Shown here piece after piece: positions 59,471 to 64,000 of a stretch of 64,000 nucleotides of DNA. A program made the translations under genes and the position numbers. The stretch comes from an uncultured Phycisphaerales bacterium. GTDB taxonomy: Bacteria; Planctomycetota; Phycisphaerae; Tepidisphaerales; Tepidisphaeraceae. The stretch is from positions 3,072,001-3,136,000 of the forward strand of contig CAVWVQ010000003.1 in assembly GCA_963758525.1 (NCBI GenBank), written 5' to 3'. The notes under the pieces were generated by a model. That model worked only from the letters and a program-made list of their open reading frames with translations. It had not been told where the DNA came from and ran no database searches. The first letter of the stretch is position 1, and each line of letters opens with the position of its first letter.

Positions 59471-60232
59471 TCATGGAGTCGACTGCACCGTGGCCTCGAC
59501 CGGGCCGGCGGCACGGTTGATTTCCGAAAGCGTCAGCGTGCGCTGAAGCTGTCTGGCGATGTTCAGATCGTGCGTCACCAGCAGAAGCGTCGCCTTGATT
59601 TCCGTGCAGAGCCTGCGAATCAGATCGAGAACCTGCTGGGCGTTGCGGGAATCCAGTGCGCCGGTCGGCTCATCCGCCAGCACCAGCCCGGGTCGATTGG
59701 CCAGGGCCCGCGCGACTGCCACCCGCTGCTGCTGGCCGACGGAAAGCTTTTGCGGCCGATAATGCAGCCGATCTGCAAGACCCACTTCGCCCAGCAGATG
59801 CCGGGCCCATTGCGGGTCGTGCGCCCTGCCCGTGAAGCTCATTCCCAGCAGCACATTTTCCAGTGCCGTGAATCCCGGCAGAAGGTGATGCGTCTGAAAG
59901 ATGTAGCCGATGTAGCTGCCGCGAAACACATCGCGCTTTGCCTCGGGGAGGTCCGAGAGGTTCACGCGCGAATCCCCGCCGGAGGAGTAGCTCAAGTGGC
60001 GGTTGCTCGCGGCGCCGGGGGCTGTTTCAGAGCCGAATAAAATCTGCCCGCTGTCGGCGGCAAGAATTCCCGCGATCAAGTGCAACAGAGTCGTCTTGCC
60101 CGAGCCGCTGGTGCCGATCAGGGCCACTTGTTCCCCGTCGCCGAGGGAGAGATGGGGGATATCGATCACGGGAACGACCGTGCCGTCGGGCCCGACGTAG
60201 TTTTTGATCAGTTTGAGAATCTCAATCGCCAT
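59471..60232 (-). CDS. ABC transporter ATP-binding protein (LolD/ZrgB-like)
   Basis: [41 protein letters not shown]. Confidence 0.92.
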   Translation of the reverse strand: MAIEILKLIKNYVGPDGTVVPVIDIPHLSLGDGEQVALIGTSGSGKTTLLHLIAGILAADSGQILFGSETAPGAASNRHLSYSSGGDSRVNLSDLPEAKRDVFRGSYIGYIFQTHHLLPGFTALENVLLGMSFTGRAHDPQWARHLLGEVGLADRLHYRPQKLSVGQQQRVAVARALANRPGLVLADEPTGALDSRNAQQVLDLIRRLCTEIKATLLLVTHDLNIARQLQRTLTLSEINRAAGPVEATVQSTP

Positions 60233-60482
60233 TTCAGGATGCTCCCGCCCCCGCCGATGCCGGATGATAGGTTTGAAAGAATGGGAATGCAAGCGAGTTG
60301 CATGTGGCAGCAAAATTGGAGCGTGCAGACTTCCGGCCGCGTGTTGTCGCGCGGGCTTCGTGAAAGCGCGGTTTGCTGATTCTTGGCCAAAAAATTCGCG
60401 CGTACCCCTAAAATTTCCCGCCCGTCGCTGGAATTGCCGATCAGTTCACGAGGAGAGCGAACAGAGAGAGAGCAAAGGAAGC

Positions 60483-60584
60483 ATGGGACGCATACTCATC
60501 GGATTGGCGCTGATCGCGGCAGTCGCTTTGTTGGTCTATCGGATCATGCACCATGGCTCCGGCGCCTTGGGAAGCAATTGGTAG
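60483..60584 (+). CDS. Putative 33-aa single-TM small protein
   Basis: AAAGGAAGC before ATG; MGRILIGLALIAAVALLVYRIMHHGSGALGSNW. Confidence 0.5.
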   Translation: MGRILIGLALIAAVALLVYRIMHHGSGALGSNW

Positions 60585-60789
60585 ACGCACGCGCGCAAAG
60601 GATTTGGAGCGCTGCGTGCATATCAAGGGCGCCGCCCCCGAAACCCCCAGTCCCATTGCCATTTTTCAAACGGAATTCGGAAAAGGTCAGTTGCCGAAGC
60701 AATAAAATGTTGATCTCGCAGTAAGAGAGGGATAGAGAGGCAAGCGTGTGGCTTGGGGGCTGTGGAATTGCCGCTTAGCAGGAGACGAC

Positions 60790-61137
60790 ATGCAGTTTTG
60801 GTCAAAATTCCTCGTGGCAACGGTATTTCTGGGGTTGGTTGGGGGAACCCAGGTGCAGGCGTCCCGCGCCAAGCATCTGCACGCAACCGGTCTGAAGGGA
60901 AAGATCGTGTCCGTCGCCGCTGACGGCTCCAGCATCGTCATCGCTCGTTCCAAAAAAAAGGGCGGTCAGGAAACCATACAGATCGCCGCGAATCCGAGCG
61001 TCACGATTGACGGAATCGGAGGAAAGCACGTCAGCGACTTGCAGGCAGGCGAGATGGTCGTCCTGAATCCCACCAGCGGATCGGCAACAACGATCATTGC
61101 CAAACATCCGCACCAGAAAAAGACAAAGGCAACTTGA
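60790..61137 (+). CDS. Small basic secreted beta-rich protein
   Basis: SD AGGAG; signal peptide; GKIVSVAADGSSIVI...VSDLQAGEMV. Confidence 0.75.
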   Translation: MQFWSKFLVATVFLGLVGGTQVQASRAKHLHATGLKGKIVSVAADGSSIVIARSKKKGGQETIQIAANPSVTIDGIGGKHVSDLQAGEMVVLNPTSGSATTIIAKHPHQKKTKAT

Positions 61138-61199
61138 CGACGCTTGCACCCGCTCGGGCACGTTCCGTCGTTTGATTCCGTCAAATTCGCTTCCCCCGC

Positions 61200-61266
61200 G
61201 TAGCCGCCGAGCTGGCTCGCGAGCACTTGCCTTTCCTTGAAAACCGCGAGCAAGCTTGGTGGCTAC
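61200..61266. repeat. GTAG-type REP doublet between convergent genes
   Basis: gtagccgccgagctggctcgcg ... cgcgagcaagcttggtggctac. Confidence 0.8.
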
Positions 61267-61300
61267 ACACCGAGAGCGCCAGCCGCCTCAGCAAAGCGAC

Positions 61301-63799
61301 TCAAGCCAGCGCCGCGGCGATCAGATCGACACTGCCGCCGGTTCCATTGATGTTGGCGCTCTTGGTGTAGGTGATGGTCAGCTTCTGCCCCGCAGAAGCG
61401 GCCTTGTAGGTGATGGTATAGAGGTTTGTATAGATGGCATTGCCGGACGCGGTGAGTACAACGTCGGCGGCCGAGCCGTCGGAGAGGTGGGCGGTGAGGG
61501 TGCCGCCGCTGGAATTGCCGCCGGCGTAGATGTAGAGGGTGCGGCTGGTCGTGTCGGCGGGCGCGGTGAACGAATATCCGGCGCCGATCGCGTTGTTGGC
61601 CCAGATGTAGGCGTGATCTGCCGAGTCACTCGCAGTTGGCGTGCCGTCGGTCCAGGAGACGGAACGACTCGGGTCGTAATAGGATCCCACGCTGCCTGAG
61701 CCGAGCACGGTCACATTGCTGATCTGCGAAGATCCGGCGGCCTTGTAGTCGAAGTTTCCGTACACATTTCCACGGCCCCAATGGGTCCAGTCGCGGGTTC
61801 CGAGCGTGGTGAGGTTATAGGCGGAAGCCGCAACCGCTTGAGATCCGGTTAGCGATCCGGCCCCGGGAGCCTGGATCATTATCTGGAAGTTTCCCAGTGT
61901 TGCGGAAGATGCAAAGTTGTTGCTGGTATCGCTGACGGAGTTGGCTGCCAGCGCCACCGAATAAGTTCCGTTGGCGGCCATTGTCCATCCGCCCGCAGGC
62001 GGCATTACCGAGTATGTGGCAGTGATCGTGGCGCTGTTGCCCGAGGGTGACGCACTGACAAAGGCGGCGGTCTGACTTGAAGGACCGCTTAATACGAGGT
62101 TCCCGGTCACCAGGCTTGCAGCTCTCACCGCGACGTTGTCAGTATAAGTCACGGTTAGCGTCGCCGCCGCGGCGGACGATGTGACCGTGGGAACCGTCTG
62201 CAACGTGGCATGGGGGGGAACGGTATCCGCCACGGGCGCGCCCGCCAGATACGCCGCGATCAGATCCACGCTGCCGCCGGCTCCATTGATATTGGTGTTT
62301 TTGACGTAGCTGATCGTCAGCTTTTGCCCGGCGGAGGCCGCCTTGTAGGTGATGGTGTAGAGCTGGGAGTAAATTCCCGTGCCCGATGCCGAGGCCGCGT
62401 AATCGGCGGCCGATCCGTCGGAGAGATGGGCGGTGAGCGTGGCGCCGCTGGAATAGCCGCCGGCATAAACATACAGCGTGCGCGTGGTGGTATCGGCGGG
62501 CGCGGTGAATGAGTAGCCGGCGCCCAGCGCGTTGTTGGCCCAGATATATCCATCGTCGCCGGAGTCGGTCGCGGTGGGCGAGCCGCCGGTCCAATTGACT
62601 GACCGAGAGGCATCGGTGTAACCCCCGAAGCCGGCGCCGCCGGGGTTAATGTTTGTGACGTTGCTGATCTGCGAACCGCCGGTGGCGTCGTGGTCGAAGT
62701 TGCCATACGTGCCGCCGCGTCCCCAGTGCGCCCAATCGGCGGTGCCGAGGCTCGTGAGGTTGTAATGTGACGCGGCAGCGGCCTGCGATGCGACGAGCGA
62801 ACCGCCGCCCGGCGCGGTTGTTTTCCCGTTGGCGGCGGCATCGGCTACTGCGGCCAGCGTGGTCCAGTCGGAACTGCTCAACCCAAGGTTGGAAAGGATG
62901 CCACTGACATTCGCAACGGGAATGCCGGATACGTTTGCGTGGTAGATCGTGTCGAAATTCACCATCGCGTTGAGCAGGATGCCCAGGGTGCTCGGATGAT
63001 ATTGAATGCCGTCGCCGGAGATCGTGGAGTACAGGCTGGTTTCCCAGTTGAGCGCGCGCCAGGCTTCCCCGACCGGCGACACTCCCGTTGAGCCCGCGCC
63101 GTCGGCGGCGTTAATGTTGCCCGCGGCGAGGTTGTAGTTGGTTTGCAGTTGGTTCTGCATGTCGGTGGGACCGGTGAAATAAGTGGGGTAATAGCTGTTC
63201 GTCGCTCCACGCGCCCAGGTTTCATACAGCATGCCATGCACGGAAGGGCTGTTGGCCCGCACGTCATTGAACAGTTGCAGCGCGTCTGATTCGAACAGCG
63301 GCACATTCCCCTCGAGCGCGGTCGCGTTGGTGGGGCGGGTGCTGTATTCCTGGAGGACGACATCGTTCCAATGCTGCCCCGCCGGCAGCGAACTGACGAT
63401 GATGTTGCCGCTCCCGTCGCTGGCGATTTTGTTCAGATGATCCGCCAGCGTCTCTCCCAGCAGAATCTGCTCGTAAACATTCGGCGACGCAAGGCCGTCG
63501 GCCACCGCGATTGACTTGATCGTCGCCGGCATGTCGTAGGCGGCGCCGTCTGTCGAGTTATTCGTAAAGCTGTTGCCGAAGAAGAGCAGGTTCAGAGCCG
63601 GCGCGGCGGAGAGAAGCTGTCGAGCTTCCAAGAGTTCAATCAAAGCCTCTCCGCCCATACCGATACGCCCTTTGGCCCCCTGCAGGGCCGCGGTAAACAA
63701 TCCGTGGGTCTCCGCTGCCCCCTGCGCTGTTGCACAGAAGCAACGATTGCTGTTCGGATGAAAGAGCGGGTTCATTCGATGCTGCTTTGTATTTGCCAT
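61301..63799 (-). CDS. Secreted planctomycete LEPRxLL-type protein with SGNH-hydrolase-like domain and two copies of a ~185-aa beta-sandwich domain
   Basis: IELLEARQLLS; LFFGNSFT, VVLQEYS, YETWAR, PVGEAW, YHPS; duplicated YNLTxLGTxDWxHWG...VDLIAA; start uncertain. Confidence 0.82.
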   Translation of the reverse strand: MANTKQHRMNPLFHPNSNRCFCATAQGAAETHGLFTAALQGAKGRIGMGGEALIELLEARQLLSAAPALNLLFFGNSFTNNSTDGAAYDMPATIKSIAVADGLASPNVYEQILLGETLADHLNKIASDGSGNIIVSSLPAGQHWNDVVLQEYSTRPTNATALEGNVPLFESDALQLFNDVRANSPSVHGMLYETWARGATNSYYPTYFTGPTDMQNQLQTNYNLAAGNINAADGAGSTGVSPVGEAWRALNWETSLYSTISGDGIQYHPSTLGILLNAMVNFDTIYHANVSGIPVANVSGILSNLGLSSSDWTTLAAVADAAANGKTTAPGGGSLVASQAAAASHYNLTSLGTADWAHWGRGGTYGNFDHDATGGSQISNVTNINPGGAGFGGYTDASRSVNWTGGSPTATDSGDDGYIWANNALGAGYSFTAPADTTTRTLYVYAGGYSSGATLTAHLSDGSAADYAASASGTGIYSQLYTITYKAASAGQKLTISYVKNTNINGAGGSVDLIAAYLAGAPVADTVPPHATLQTVPTVTSSAAAATLTVTYTDNVAVRAASLVTGNLVLSGPSSQTAAFVSASPSGNSATITATYSVMPPAGGWTMAANGTYSVALAANSVSDTSNNFASSATLGNFQIMIQAPGAGSLTGSQAVAASAYNLTTLGTRDWTHWGRGNVYGNFDYKAAGSSQISNVTVLGSGSVGSYYDPSRSVSWTDGTPTASDSADHAYIWANNAIGAGYSFTAPADTTSRTLYIYAGGNSSGGTLTAHLSDGSAADVVLTASGNAIYTNLYTITYKAASAGQKLTITYTKSANINGTGGSVDLIAAALA

Positions 63800-64000
63800 T
63801 TTCATCACCTTCCTGTCAACAGGAACCTGCTTACCGAATATTGCTTCCGAGCAACGCCATGCTGGGAGCCAGCGGAGCTTCAGCCTTAGGCTCCGTCGCG
63901 GGGGGCGTGCCTGCGTCGGGCTGCGCGACGATGCAATCGAGACCGAAGTAGAAATGGTCTTTGCCCGGCGTTTTGGAACCAACAACCTCCGCGCGCAAAA

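Noticed and set aside
63830..63970. c-di-GMP-I riboswitch upstream of the secreted protein (GGGCAAA...GACGCA...CCTAAG on the minus strand)
   Set aside because: Motif pieces are out of register, with no GNRA-capped P2 or GCAAAGC junction; an Infernal scan would be needed.

Overview
GC-rich bacterial chromosome segment, most likely Planctomycetota of the Phycisphaerae/Tepidisphaera type. This is inferred from a LEPRxLL-type secreted protein, ATQP/ATRP linkers, a prepilin-FecR-ECF module and PEP-CTERM/TIGR03790. No rRNA, tRNA or CRISPR array was seen. At least 15 otherwise intact genes carry small frameshifts, which points to an unpolished long-read assembly, so pseudogene calls need caution. 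Contents in order: (1) 1-14.8 kb, a PUL-like carbohydrate locus (ECF sigma, FecR-NPCBM, prepilin-LamG, small membrane protein, GH78 rhamnosidase; divergent 1880-aa PEP-CTERM protein, dehydrogenase, alginate-lyase-family protein). (2) An IS5-family element inserted exactly in a stop codon. (3) 19.4-28.5 kb, a putative secretion operon (two HlyD-type adaptors, one with a GAF-like region; a PqqD-like/M50-peptidase/HlyD fusion; a truncated accessory SecA), with an inverted-repeat-bracketed four-helix-bundle cassette inside it. (4) Envelope and signalling genes, including three apparent pseudo-enzymes. (5) A metal locus with a nikR relic, a NiCoT permease and a cryptic DUF2946 (CxxC...RGPP) leader before a beta-barrel gene. 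(6) argG, an ECF/anti-sigma/HtrA-like operon, TA modules and SurA. (7) A Fur/Zur-ZnuABC-CopA-Zrg-like cluster and a secreted SGNH protein. The most unusual signal is a pervasive set of hairpin elements: tandem 7/8/9-mer arrays arranged as inverted pairs, plus several REP/REPIN classes. They sit at stop-to-start junctions inside operons and in frame inside cleavable leader peptides, and one of them carries an Avd-like cargo gene.
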